Positions 45,284 through 54,818 of a DNA stretch of 64,000 bases are shown one piece after another (the first letter of the stretch is position 1; each line of letters begins with the position of its first letter). The notes beneath the pieces are model-generated. The model had not been told where the DNA came from and did no database searches. It saw only the letters and a program-made list of their open reading frames with translations. The translations under genes and the position numbers were made by a program. Source of the DNA: Thermoproteota archaeon (GTDB lineage Archaea; Asgardarchaeota; Njordarchaeia; Njordarchaeales; Panguiarchaeaceae); assembly GCA_024720975.1 (NCBI GenBank), contig JANJXX010000001.1:255408-319407 (forward strand), in the 5' to 3' direction.

Positions 45284-47407
45284 ATGTTCAGACCCTACAA
45301 ATCCCTGATAAGTATCATAAGAGAACTTATCTTAAAGGCTTTGAAGACGCTTAATGTAGATGTCGCTGAGGATGATATTAAAGTTGAGGAGACAAAATCT
45401 AGAATCCACGGTGATTTCTTTACCACAGTTGCATTTGCGATAGCGAAGAATCTATACAGAGAAAATTTTAAAGCCAACGCCGTGAGGCTAGCTGAGGAAT
45501 TAGCGAAAAAAATCAATGAAATCAAACCTGACGTCATCAGTCACGTGAGAGCTGAAAATGGATATATTAATTTCTTCCTCGATCGTGGTGCATTCGCAAA
45601 ATTTGTTCTTGAGGGATTAATGAAAGACCGAGAGAAATTCGGTAAATTCACTGAAGAATCTGAAAATATCATTATCGAACACACTTCTGCAAATCCCATT
45701 CATGCACTGCATATCGGTCATGCTAGGAATGCTTTTATTGGAGATTGCTTAGCGCGGATTTATAAATTCGTCGGAAACAAGGTTTCAAGAAGATTTTACA
45801 TCAATGATTGCGGCAAACAGGTTGCCATGTTAATTCTCGGACTAAAGGCGCTTGGGAAAATACCATCGAATACTAAAGTGGACCATTTCTGCGGAGCTGT
45901 GTATTCGTGCATAGCCTCGATTGTAGAGTTACATAAAAGTCTTAAGAATGCTATCAAAAACATAGATCAACTGAGGGCTACTTTAAGGAAAATAAATACC
46001 AATAACCACTTATACGACTCACTCATAAGAAACTTGGTGCGCGATATCGCCCTAGGGCACCATGAGATTGCGAAGAGAGTAAAAGCTATCACTGAAAACT
46101 CCAGCGAGGTTCTTGACAATCTAATCGCACGGTTGGAAGTTTCTACAGCATCCATAAAAAACTCGTTTGAGATTTTGGCCTCGATTGCAGCTAAATGGCC
46201 TGCGATATATTACAATCTAAGTAATGGGCTTAAGGGAAATGTTCCGGCTAGAATTAGTCAGATAATTAGGGATTACGAGAGGCAAAATGAAAATATCACT
46301 AAATTCGTAAGAGAGACACTTAACAAGGTCCTAGATAGTCTTACGGAAACTCTTGATTTCCTGCGGATATATTTCGACGCCTATGATTGGGAGAGCGATC
46401 TTATCTGGAGTGGGATCGTTGAAGATATCCTACGAAAGCTAATGGAGAGAGGATATGCTTGCAAGGATGAGAAATCAAACGCAATATTTCTTGATGCACG
46501 AAAAATCCTTAAGGACTTTCCAGAAATGCAAGAATTCTTCCTTGATGGGAGAAAAGATATCAAATTTGAGGAAATTAAAAACCCCGTCCTCGTTCGCAAA
46601 GATGGATCGACACTATATCTGCTGCGCGACATAGCATATGCTTACTATAAGTTGCTCTTTCTCAAGGCTGATAAAGCAATCAGCGTGATAGGAATTGACC
46701 AGAAGCTTGAACAGAAATATGTTGTATTGGCATTAAGATCATTGGGGATCACTAATGTTCTTCAAAGATATAAACATGTAGCATATGAACTCGTTAGACT
46801 CCCAGGTCGAAGAATGTCATCCCGAAAGGGACAATACATTACGCTTGATGAGATTCTATGGGAGACTATCAAAAGATCTTACGATGAAGTCGAAAAAAGA
46901 TACAAGGAACTTGGGGATATGCCTAAATACGCATTAGCCAAGGAGATAGCCATCGGTGCTATTAAGTATGCACTTCTCAGCCAAATACCAACGAAAGTCA
47001 TTACGTATGACTGGAATCGAGTGTTAGACTTCGAGCAAAATTCAGGACCATTCATTCAATATGCACACGCTAGGGCTGCTTCTATACTCCGAAAAGCTTT
47101 TTGGAAAATTCCAGAAGATTGTAACTTATCTCTACTAAGAGAGCCAGAAGAATTCGAATTAATCTACAAAATATCAAAATTTCCGGAGGTTCTGGACGAA
47201 GTCATTAGAACTTCTAGGCCGGATATTCTAGCTGAGTATACAAATGAATTGGCAATGTTATTCAACAAATTTTACCAAAAGTGTCCAGTTTTGAGTGCTG
47301 AAGATGCAGAACTAGGAAAAGCTCGTCTATTGCTTGTAGCAACATTTAGAAGTGTTATAGCAACCGCAATGAAATTGATGGGAATAACTCCTCTTTATCG
47401 CATGTAG
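45284..47407 (+). CDS. argS: Arginine--tRNA ligase
   Basis: EHTSANPIHALHIGHARNA, LYLLRDIAY, MSSRKG and GPFIQYAHARA. Confidence 0.97.
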   Translation: MFRPYKSLISIIRELILKALKTLNVDVAEDDIKVEETKSRIHGDFFTTVAFAIAKNLYRENFKANAVRLAEELAKKINEIKPDVISHVRAENGYINFFLDRGAFAKFVLEGLMKDREKFGKFTEESENIIIEHTSANPIHALHIGHARNAFIGDCLARIYKFVGNKVSRRFYINDCGKQVAMLILGLKALGKIPSNTKVDHFCGAVYSCIASIVELHKSLKNAIKNIDQLRATLRKINTNNHLYDSLIRNLVRDIALGHHEIAKRVKAITENSSEVLDNLIARLEVSTASIKNSFEILASIAAKWPAIYYNLSNGLKGNVPARISQIIRDYERQNENITKFVRETLNKVLDSLTETLDFLRIYFDAYDWESDLIWSGIVEDILRKLMERGYACKDEKSNAIFLDARKILKDFPEMQEFFLDGRKDIKFEEIKNPVLVRKDGSTLYLLRDIAYAYYKLLFLKADKAISVIGIDQKLEQKYVVLALRSLGITNVLQRYKHVAYELVRLPGRRMSSRKGQYITLDEILWETIKRSYDEVEKRYKELGDMPKYALAKEIAIGAIKYALLSQIPTKVITYDWNRVLDFEQNSGPFIQYAHARAASILRKAFWKIPEDCNLSLLREPEEFELIYKISKFPEVLDEVIRTSRPDILAEYTNELAMLFNKFYQKCPVLSAEDAELGKARLLLVATFRSVIATAMKLMGITPLYRM

Positions 47408-47419
47408 ATAAAATTCGCG

Positions 47420-47716
47420 TTAGATAATTCCAAGTGAGCTAGCTATGTCTATAGCAGAGTACTCGGGCTTAAGTTTGACAATAGCCTTCTTCTCACCCTG
47501 AGGCGTTATTGCTGTCCAGACTTTTTCTACTCGAACATCAAAGGCCTCCTCCACTGCGCGTTTAATCATTGACTTATTAGCGCGGCGATCTACAATAAGG
47601 GTTAACTTATTTCCTCTGCGTATGAGATCTATTGCTTTCTCTGAAACAACAGCTCTGATTATTATCTCCGATGACCTCAGAGTTTCAACTTTTTTTCTAT
47701 AAACTGATTCGCTCAA
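47420..47716 (-). CDS. rpl23: 50S ribosomal protein uL23
   Basis: [17 protein letters not shown] and GEKKAIVKL. Confidence 0.95.
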   Translation of the reverse strand: MSESVYRKKVETLRSSEIIIRAVVSEKAIDLIRRGNKLTLIVDRRANKSMIKRAVEEAFDVRVEKVWTAITPQGEKKAIVKLKPEYSAIDIASSLGII

Positions 47717-48511
47717 CTAGTATCCCCTCATCTTCCCATACCTACTATTGATGATTTCAGGAAGCTTAAGAATTGCTTTTTTCGACCATATACAAAGTCT
47801 CGCTGGCCAGCCCCCTGGTGCCACATTTATAACTGATAGATTATCCACTACCTTAACATCAACTCCTTCAAGATTCCTGGCGGCACGTATTAAAGGCGCA
47901 TCCTTAGTTGATACTATTATTAATGGTCCCTTCTTTCTCTTATACTTCCGCCCACGTCTTTTTCCTTTTCCGGCTCTGACTCTGCGGCCAGCTTCAACCC
48001 TATCGAGCTCATCTTTAAGGCCCAGGTTGACTAGTACTTTGCGCACGTCTCTTGTCTTAGAAATGTTTTCAAATTCATCCACAACAATAATTGGCAATTC
48101 ACGAACGAAATCAATTCTGTGTCCTCTAAACTGTACTAAAACGGAGTCTTTAGTTGCAGCAATTGCAGATTTTAAAGCGAGAACTTTCTCTTTCTTATTG
48201 ATAAATTTGACCAATCTCTTGTAAGGTTTAGGAGCTCCTATACGATACCCCCCAACAACATTTGCGGCCATAGCTGCACGCCCAAAGCCCTCGATTCGCC
48301 TAATGCGAGCAATATCAAACCCGGCTCCTACAGACCACGCTACTGCTCTTCTACCGGCCATAGGGGATTTACCATAGGGGGTGAACTTTTTACTATACGC
48401 CGCTATGAAGGCTCTCCGTATTAGATCTGGTCTTATAGGGGTCTCAAATACCTCAGGTAGCTCTATTTCTTCAACTCTATTGCCATTGAAATCGTATATA
48501 CCAACCTTCAT
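47717..48511 (-). CDS. rpl4: 50S ribosomal protein uL4
   Basis: IRPDLIRRA, INKKEK, RAGKGKRRGR and APGG.PARL. Confidence 0.96.
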   Translation of the reverse strand: MKVGIYDFNGNRVEEIELPEVFETPIRPDLIRRAFIAAYSKKFTPYGKSPMAGRRAVAWSVGAGFDIARIRRIEGFGRAAMAANVVGGYRIGAPKPYKRLVKFINKKEKVLALKSAIAATKDSVLVQFRGHRIDFVRELPIIVVDEFENISKTRDVRKVLVNLGLKDELDRVEAGRRVRAGKGKRRGRKYKRKKGPLIIVSTKDAPLIRAARNLEGVDVKVVDNLSVINVAPGGWPARLCIWSKKAILKLPEIINSRYGKMRGY

Positions 48512-48520
48512 TTGAATCCC

Positions 48521-49807
48521 CTAGGAAAATTGAATTTGTGGAATAAAGTTAGCTAGTTCAAAGACAGATGCTATATCCTCGCGACTTAACAGTAACTCAC
48601 GCCCATAGTAAATTGAGATTATATCAACATCCTTCCTCAAAACCTGGGAACGCACAGCATATCTAAGTACTAATAGCCTCTTTGGCGGGCCCTGGCAGCT
48701 ACCTCGTATTATTACAACGTCGTTTTGAATTATTCCATAATGCGGCCACCCACCAGATGGCGTCATCTTCAATGCATAAGACTCTACTTCTGGCTCTACT
48801 GCCTCTTTCCTCTTTGGTTTAAGGCCCAATTTTTCTATAATTGCACTCTTGACCTCGGGTGCAACGTTTGATAAATCTTTTAATCTCAGCGTATCCATTC
48901 TTCCCAATTCGTAGGGCTCCTGACCTTCACTTAGTTCATCTGAAAAGTTGTATCGAATATTATACCAGTGCGGAATCAATGCTACTATTTGCTTGTTGAA
49001 TTCTGTTCTACGAAAGAATCCCAGCTGACCTGGTCGGGGGACTGTCCACATTATTCTTGCTGGAGTCCATGGACCTAGCGAACCTACTTTCCTATGCCCT
49101 TTTTTGAATTTCTCTGGAAGTAGTTTAACACCAAATCGCTTAATGACACTGGCGAAACCTTTTCCCTTGGTAACTCCAATAACGTCAACGAATGTACCAG
49201 GCTCGAATACTTCAAATATCCTAACGAACCTACCGAGTTTCTCCATGCCCCACTTAAAAGCTTCCCTATTTTCGCCACCAATTTTTATCTCCAAGACCTC
49301 TGGTTTCTTCTTTCCTAATGTAGTCAGGTTTGGACTCGTGCGAACAATAGCTCTTATCTCATCAACTTTCCCTTCATCGATAGCATCTTCGATAGATCCT
49401 ATCTTCTTTTCTGCCTCGTCTCTTAACACAGTAATGGGTTTTTTGGGTATTGGAAACTTTCTCTTTAAATACTTCTTCTCATATGTGCTCCAATATGGTG
49501 TCCAAACTTCGTTAAGCACTTTAAGTCCATACGGATCCGCTGTATAAGCTCTAAGCGCTAAGATTCTTAGGGGTGGTGCTTCAAGGACTGTAGCAGCGAC
49601 TACGCGTTCTATTCCATGCCACATTGCACGTTCACTTACAAGCAGATTTTTCTCTAGTACTGAGACCATACCAACTTTATAGACTGGATAGCCTAAAATG
49701 CCAACCCTGTCTGTTTTAGGCCAGGATATAATGTTGGGATATATTCTCCGCGCTCTTTTTCTCCTGAAACCAAGTGAGCCATGACGAGGTGCATGATATT
49801 TGACCAT
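48521..49807 (-). CDS. rpl3: 50S ribosomal protein uL3 with internal insertion
   Basis: PRHGSLGF, YKVGM, TKGKG, RTEFNK and TPSGGWPHYG. Confidence 0.96.
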   Translation of the reverse strand: MVKYHAPRHGSLGFRRKRARRIYPNIISWPKTDRVGILGYPVYKVGMVSVLEKNLLVSERAMWHGIERVVAATVLEAPPLRILALRAYTADPYGLKVLNEVWTPYWSTYEKKYLKRKFPIPKKPITVLRDEAEKKIGSIEDAIDEGKVDEIRAIVRTSPNLTTLGKKKPEVLEIKIGGENREAFKWGMEKLGRFVRIFEVFEPGTFVDVIGVTKGKGFASVIKRFGVKLLPEKFKKGHRKVGSLGPWTPARIMWTVPRPGQLGFFRRTEFNKQIVALIPHWYNIRYNFSDELSEGQEPYELGRMDTLRLKDLSNVAPEVKSAIIEKLGLKPKRKEAVEPEVESYALKMTPSGGWPHYGIIQNDVVIIRGSCQGPPKRLLVLRYAVRSQVLRKDVDIISIYYGRELLLSREDIASVFELANFIPQIQFS

Positions 49808-49902
49808 GCTTTTGCACCATTGAACGCTCGGAAAAACATAGTCGGAACTTTATTCGTTTATAAATTTACTCCAAAGTATTGTTAATAAGTCTAGGTGTTT
49901 AA

Positions 49903-50541
49903 ATGCTACGCTACGAAGATATAACTGATGAACATGGTAGGTTTCTAGTTAGATTAGCAAGACAGGCTATAGAAACTTACTTGAATGAAGGAAAGCACAT
50001 CAAACCGCCCCCTAATACACCGGAGATCTTAAAGGAGAAAAGCGGAGTATTCGTTACATTAAATAAGCTTATAGCAAGTAAGGGGGAAGAACTAAGAGGT
50101 TGTATTGGTTATATTCAGCCTGTTTACCCGCTTGTAGAAGCGACAATCGATGCTGCTATAAGCGCTGCAACCAGAGATCCTCGTTTTCCACCATTATCTG
50201 CAGAAGAACTCAGCGAAATTCTGGTGGAGGTCACAATATTAACTCCTCCTGAACTTATTAAGGTAAGTTCACCCACAGATTATCTGAAAGAGATAATAAT
50301 AGGTCGCGATGGTCTAATCGTAGAGTATAAAGGATTTGGCGGAACGCTACTACCCCAAGTTCCCGTTGAATACGGCTGGGACGTGAGAACGTTCCTAGAG
50401 CATCTTTGCTGGAAGGCATTCCTCCCCAAAGACTGCTGGAAGTGGCCTGAAACTAAGATTTATAGATACCAAGGGATAATTTTTAAAGAGGATAAGCCAG
50501 GAGGTAGTGTTCATAGAATTAAATTAACGACTGATTTTTAA
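49903..50541 (+). CDS. AMMECR1-family protein (TIGR00296)
   Basis: GVFVTL, LRGCIG, DPRF and LLPQV. Confidence 0.95.
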   Translation: MLRYEDITDEHGRFLVRLARQAIETYLNEGKHIKPPPNTPEILKEKSGVFVTLNKLIASKGEELRGCIGYIQPVYPLVEATIDAAISAATRDPRFPPLSAEELSEILVEVTILTPPELIKVSSPTDYLKEIIIGRDGLIVEYKGFGGTLLPQVPVEYGWDVRTFLEHLCWKAFLPKDCWKWPETKIYRYQGIIFKEDKPGGSVHRIKLTTDF

Positions 50542-50603
50542 TCTGAGATTTAATTCATTGTCCAGTATTGCTCAAATCTGTGAGCTTGATCTGATGATAG
50601 ATC

Positions 50604-51029
50604 ATGAGGACCTCGATGAAGCCAAAGAGGGAAAGAGAAACTTTGATAAAGTTAAAAAGAGTGAAAGAAATTTTAGGAGAGAGCACTCTTGAGATAGCAA
50701 TCAGTACCGCAGCAATTCTCACCATACTCGCAATCCTCATAGAACTACCAGTAATCCTCTTAACCCACCCTCCAACTAAGTTTTACTATGCTATTCTGTT
50801 TAACATCGGCCTGTTTGGAGCTCTTTTGCATATACGTGCCCATTTAATAGAAGAATCTGAAGAATACAGAGCCCTTAGGGAAAGTTTGCAAAAATCTCAG
50901 AGGGTGTCACCAGCAGAACTTGATTCTTACCTGAATAATAAGAAAAATTGGGATGCATACATTATGTGGCTAAAGCTTTCGATAGGTTTGGCACTATTGT
51001 TTCTCTTTGTCTATATGCTGCTACCCTAA
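50604..51029 (+). CDS. Hypothetical membrane protein (3 TM)
   Basis: Three hydrophobic segments; fills the intergenic space. Confidence 0.6.
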   Translation: MRTSMKPKRERETLIKLKRVKEILGESTLEIAISTAAILTILAILIELPVILLTHPPTKFYYAILFNIGLFGALLHIRAHLIEESEEYRALRESLQKSQRVSPAELDSYLNNKKNWDAYIMWLKLSIGLALLFLFVYMLLP

Positions 51030-51037
51030 AAAGAATT

Positions 51038-52378
51038 TTAAGTCCTCTTCTTGTCGACTTCCTTTATTATTTCTACTAGGATGTTAAGTGCATAGTCCCA
51101 ATTCTCATCGGTTATTGTTAACGGAGGCGCCAACCTTAGAACTGACCTTCCCGCAGGAAGTACAACGAGACCTTTCTTATATGCTAGTTCAGTAATTTTA
51201 TCTCTCTCTTCGGTACCATACTCCTTTGTATCTTTGTTTTTAACAAATTCCAGACCTATGAACAGACCCTTGCCCCTAACGTCACCGAGTATCTCGGTTT
51301 CGTCTTTAAGCTCATTAAAGATCTTGAGCGCCTGATCTCCTAGCTTGGCTGCTCTCTCCCAGAGTCTATGTTTTATTATGTAGTCCAAAGTAGCATTAGC
51401 AGCCGCGAGTGAAACTGCATTTCCACCAAATGTACTTGAGTGTGCTCCTTCATAGCCAAAATCTAGATCTGACCTTATTACAGTCGCTCCAAGTGGGAAA
51501 CCATTTGCTATTGACTTAGCTACAGTGATAATGTCTTGTACCGCATTAAAATGCTCAATAGAGAACATTTTGCCAGTTCTTGCAAATCCAGTCTGTACTT
51601 CATCAACTATGAATAACATATCGTATTTCTTCGCCATCTTTGCTATTTTCTCAATGAATAACGGGTGCGGAACAACGTAGCCTCCCTCACCTTGTATTGG
51701 CTCTGCTATTATTGCTGCTATGTCTTCTGGTGGTGCTACTTTTTCAAAAATCCATTCCTCAATGAAATCAGCACAGTATGCGTTACAATTCGATGGATCT
51801 AATTTGAATGGACAACGATAACAATATGCATAGGGAGCATGCACGCTTAGGTAGTATGGATAGAAATACCTTCTATGAGCTTTCTTTGAAGCTGTCAGTG
51901 TGAGTGAACCCAGGCTTCTCCCATGAAAAGCTCCGTAAAATGCTAGTATTAATGGGCGCTTCTTGTTCCACCGAGCAATTTTAATGGCTGCTTCGACTGA
52001 TTCAGTTCCTGAATTTGCATAGAATACCTTCTTGTCGAATTGTCCAGGAATGTACTTTACTAGTTTCTTTGCGTACTCTAACTGAATTTCATCAAACCAA
52101 TCATGCGGACCCGTGTGAATGTATTTTTCAAGCTGAGCTTTAACAGCAGCAAGAACCTCCGGGTTTCTATGACCTATGTTTGCAACAGCAATTCCTGCTG
52201 CTAAGTCTATGTAAACGTTACCGTCTACGTCAAATATTAAGTCGTTCTCCATTTTAGCTATGACTATATAACTAAAGCGTGTTGTTGTAACTAGATATTT
52301 CTTCGCCTCTTCTATAATACTCGCTGATTTGGGGCCAGGAACGCTCGTTTTAATGGACGGGATCTCTTTCACTTTCAT
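51038..52378 (-). CDS. Class III PLP aminotransferase (GabT/ArgD-like)
   Basis: DVDGNVYID, NSGTESVEAA, FHGR, EPIQGEGG, DEVQTG.RTG, AKSIANG and STFGGN. Confidence 0.93.
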   Translation of the reverse strand: MKVKEIPSIKTSVPGPKSASIIEEAKKYLVTTTRFSYIVIAKMENDLIFDVDGNVYIDLAAGIAVANIGHRNPEVLAAVKAQLEKYIHTGPHDWFDEIQLEYAKKLVKYIPGQFDKKVFYANSGTESVEAAIKIARWNKKRPLILAFYGAFHGRSLGSLTLTASKKAHRRYFYPYYLSVHAPYAYCYRCPFKLDPSNCNAYCADFIEEWIFEKVAPPEDIAAIIAEPIQGEGGYVVPHPLFIEKIAKMAKKYDMLFIVDEVQTGFARTGKMFSIEHFNAVQDIITVAKSIANGFPLGATVIRSDLDFGYEGAHSSTFGGNAVSLAAANATLDYIIKHRLWERAAKLGDQALKIFNELKDETEILGDVRGKGLFIGLEFVKNKDTKEYGTEERDKITELAYKKGLVVLPAGRSVLRLAPPLTITDENWDYALNILVEIIKEVDKKRT

Positions 52379-52453
52379 AAAATGTCACCGGTTCTATTTT
52401 ATTTCGAAAATGTGCTTTAAGTACTAGGTGTATTTGTCTTATGGTGAAGAAGT

Positions 52454-52663
52454 TTGAGCTACGGGGCCTTTTTACTTGAGTGGGGAAATCTTATTGGAGT
52501 GCTTCTTTTGGCAATATCTACTTTGATATACGCCCATGTATACGCTGTTATCATCAGAGAAATGAAAAGATTAACATTAAGGCACTATTTGATTCTTCTG
52601 ATGAACTCCTACGTGTTTTCATTCGGATTGTTGTGCTTGCTTATGGCAAATGGATGGCTATAA
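52454..52663 (+). CDS. Small hypothetical membrane protein (2 TM)
   Basis: TTG start with GGTGA SD; two hydrophobic helices. Confidence 0.55.
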   Translation: MSYGAFLLEWGNLIGVLLLAISTLIYAHVYAVIIREMKRLTLRHYLILLMNSYVFSFGLLCLLMANGWL

Positions 52664-52703
52664 TATTGCCTGATTTATCTTGCCAGAATGATATTAGTAA
52701 ACG

Positions 52704-52766
52704 GTAGCAATGATGAGAGCTTGGCCACTGATCCGATGAGGAAGCTTGAAAGGGCTGAGGTGCTGC
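52704..52766 (+). ncRNA. C/D-box guide sRNA
   Basis: Terminal stem GTAGCA/TGCTGC; C ATGATGA, guide GAGCTTGGCCA, D' CTGA, C' ATGAGGA, guide AGCTTGAAAGGG, D CTGA (52755-58). Confidence 0.88.
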
Positions 52767-52769
52767 ATA

Positions 52770-53177
52770 TTGTCTTATGAAGATTACTATGGTGTTGATG
52801 AGCTTAGTCTTTGGAAGCCCAGAACCAAGAAAATAGAAGTAAAGATTCTCAATTATAGCGATGATCTCCTTGAATTTGAAGTCGATGGCGAAACTCACAC
52901 ATTACTTAACCCACTCCGCATGGAATTAATGAACATAGAAGGTGTTGTATTCGCAGCATACAAGATCATCCATCCACTCTTCGATAAAGCAAGGTTTGTT
53001 GTGAGAACTGACAAGACGAAAATAAAGGCTCTAGATGCTCTTAAGTTAGCAAAGGAAAATGTTAAAAGAAAAGTCCTTGAACTCACCGCGAAAATACGAG
53101 AAGCCGTACAATCTGGGGAGCAGATCCCTGATTTCCTCTCGGATGAAGATTACAGAAAATTGAGGTCTAAACTTTAG
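52770..53177 (+). CDS. rpoL: RNA polymerase subunit L (Rpo11)
   Basis: GETHTLLNPLR and AAYKIIHPL. TTG start at 52770 with GAGGTG SD. Confidence 0.93.
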   Translation: MSYEDYYGVDELSLWKPRTKKIEVKILNYSDDLLEFEVDGETHTLLNPLRMELMNIEGVVFAAYKIIHPLFDKARFVVRTDKTKIKALDALKLAKENVKRKVLELTAKIREAVQSGEQIPDFLSDEDYRKLRSKL

Positions 53178-54085
53178 CTCAGAGATTTCAACATTCTTAC
53201 CAATTTATGTGCTCTGCAAATGTTATCGGTCGTCGGGTAATTACAAATTTCGCATTTCTTTAGTTCTATGCTTTGTTCAGGAACGGTTCTGAGCAAATCC
53301 TGATAAAAACGAAGGATATTGTAAAGAGTTCCTGGATGCTTCTCCTCTTGCTGATAAAGAAATAGTCTGATATCCCATCTCATGGATAGTTGTGCGTATG
53401 GACATGGTATATCATTGTGATCTAGCTCTAGTAAGTGCGTATATAGAGCTGTCTCTTTTTCGTAGAGCTCAATAAATGGATAAACACGCGGAACGAAACC
53501 TTCAACAACTCTCTCTCTGGTTATAGCCAATCTGAGAAGTCTATCGAGTGAATTTCTAATGACATTCATTAGAACCGTTTGTGCAAAATCATCAAGCGTA
53601 TGAGCAGTTGCTAAGACTGTTGCTCCAGAATCTCTAGCTAGTTTATTTAGGGCCCACCTACGCCACTCTCCACAAATGCTACATGGCTCTAGATTCATTT
53701 TTCCCTCAGAATAGTATTTCGCAACATCGTCTATAGTAAAGCCAAATAAATCTTTGAATTTTGCCTGGCAGACTTTGTAACCGAGTATTTTGGCATGCTT
53801 GGCTATAATAGGCTCAGATTTGTCTGAGTAATTCGCTATTCCCTCATCAACATGCACTATCACTATCTCTGTAGGAAATTCTCTCTCAATTTCATCGATT
53901 ATATAGAGCAAAGCAACAGAGTCTTTTCCACCACTGACAGCCACAGCTATTTTATCATCAAACCTGAGCATATTATATTTCTGAATGGTTTTGAGAGTTT
54001 TTTTCTTCACGTACCTTATGAATTCTGCCTTACCAAAGTATCTTCCCGCATCCTTCTTGTAGTAGACATACATAGCAACAGCCAC
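53174..54085 (-). CDS. tRNA 2-thiouridine synthase (NcsA/TtuA/Ncs6, TIGR00269)
   Basis: PP-loop SGGKDS, CSICG..RR, TAHTLDD.AQT and CPY; C-terminal CEIC...C..H. Confidence 0.9.
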   Translation of the reverse strand: MAVAMYVYYKKDAGRYFGKAEFIRYVKKKTLKTIQKYNMLRFDDKIAVAVSGGKDSVALLYIIDEIEREFPTEIVIVHVDEGIANYSDKSEPIIAKHAKILGYKVCQAKFKDLFGFTIDDVAKYYSEGKMNLEPCSICGEWRRWALNKLARDSGATVLATAHTLDDFAQTVLMNVIRNSLDRLLRLAITRERVVEGFVPRVYPFIELYEKETALYTHLLELDHNDIPCPYAQLSMRWDIRLFLYQQEEKHPGTLYNILRFYQDLLRTVPEQSIELKKCEICNYPTTDNICRAHKLVRMLKSLS

Positions 54086-54352
54086 TCAAAACAACTAGGA
54101 CCAAATTTTGATTGAGTAGGAAGAAGACATTAAACTTAATCCGAATTTTTACAGACTCCTCTTAGATTCCACAATACGAGGCTTCTTTAAGGTCTATCTG
54201 CGTCTATATATCTGTCTTGGTAGACTTCTCATTAATGACAGCTATACGATCGAAATTTTGTGGATTGAGGAACATTAGTGGTAAGCAGCAGACTTCAGCG
54301 TTATTCAAATCAACACAAATTACTTTATTCACTCTTGACTTGAAGTGAGATA

Positions 54353-54691
54353 TCAGCTATATTCACGCCAACCGTAGCCACATTTTGGACACTTGTATAT
54401 TCGCACTGGAGGTTCATCTGCGGCCCTACTTTGTATGGAGGTATAATACACTGGACTATGTCCACACTTGGGGCAAGAGGTGATTGAACTCAAGGCACCT
54501 AGTTCTTCTCTCTCAATAATAACACCCTCATCAATAGTCTTAACTTTTTTGCTTAATCTTAATCCCTCTATGCTTCTATGTTGAGTAGTCTTATCTTCCA
54601 CTTTATAGTTACACACTGGACACGTCCAAATTGTCTTATTTTCACAGTCTTGCCGTTCTAAGGGGGTTCCACAATTAGGACATAACCTCAA
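54353..54691 (-). CDS. tfs: Transcription factor S (TFS)
   Basis: Two zinc ribbons; catalytic QSRAADEP; C-terminal WREYS. Confidence 0.95.
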   Translation of the reverse strand: MRLCPNCGTPLERQDCENKTIWTCPVCNYKVEDKTTQHRSIEGLRLSKKVKTIDEGVIIEREELGALSSITSCPKCGHSPVYYTSIQSRAADEPPVRIYKCPKCGYGWREYS

Positions 54692-54818
54692 ATCTATGCA
54701 CCAGCATTGCAGTAGGACTAAACCTATCTTTTAATACTTTAAAAGCAATAGAAAATGTTTGAGAGCCTCTCTTACATTTCTCATCTGTCTTAAGAGCTAC
54801 ACCTAAAGGTCTACTGCA

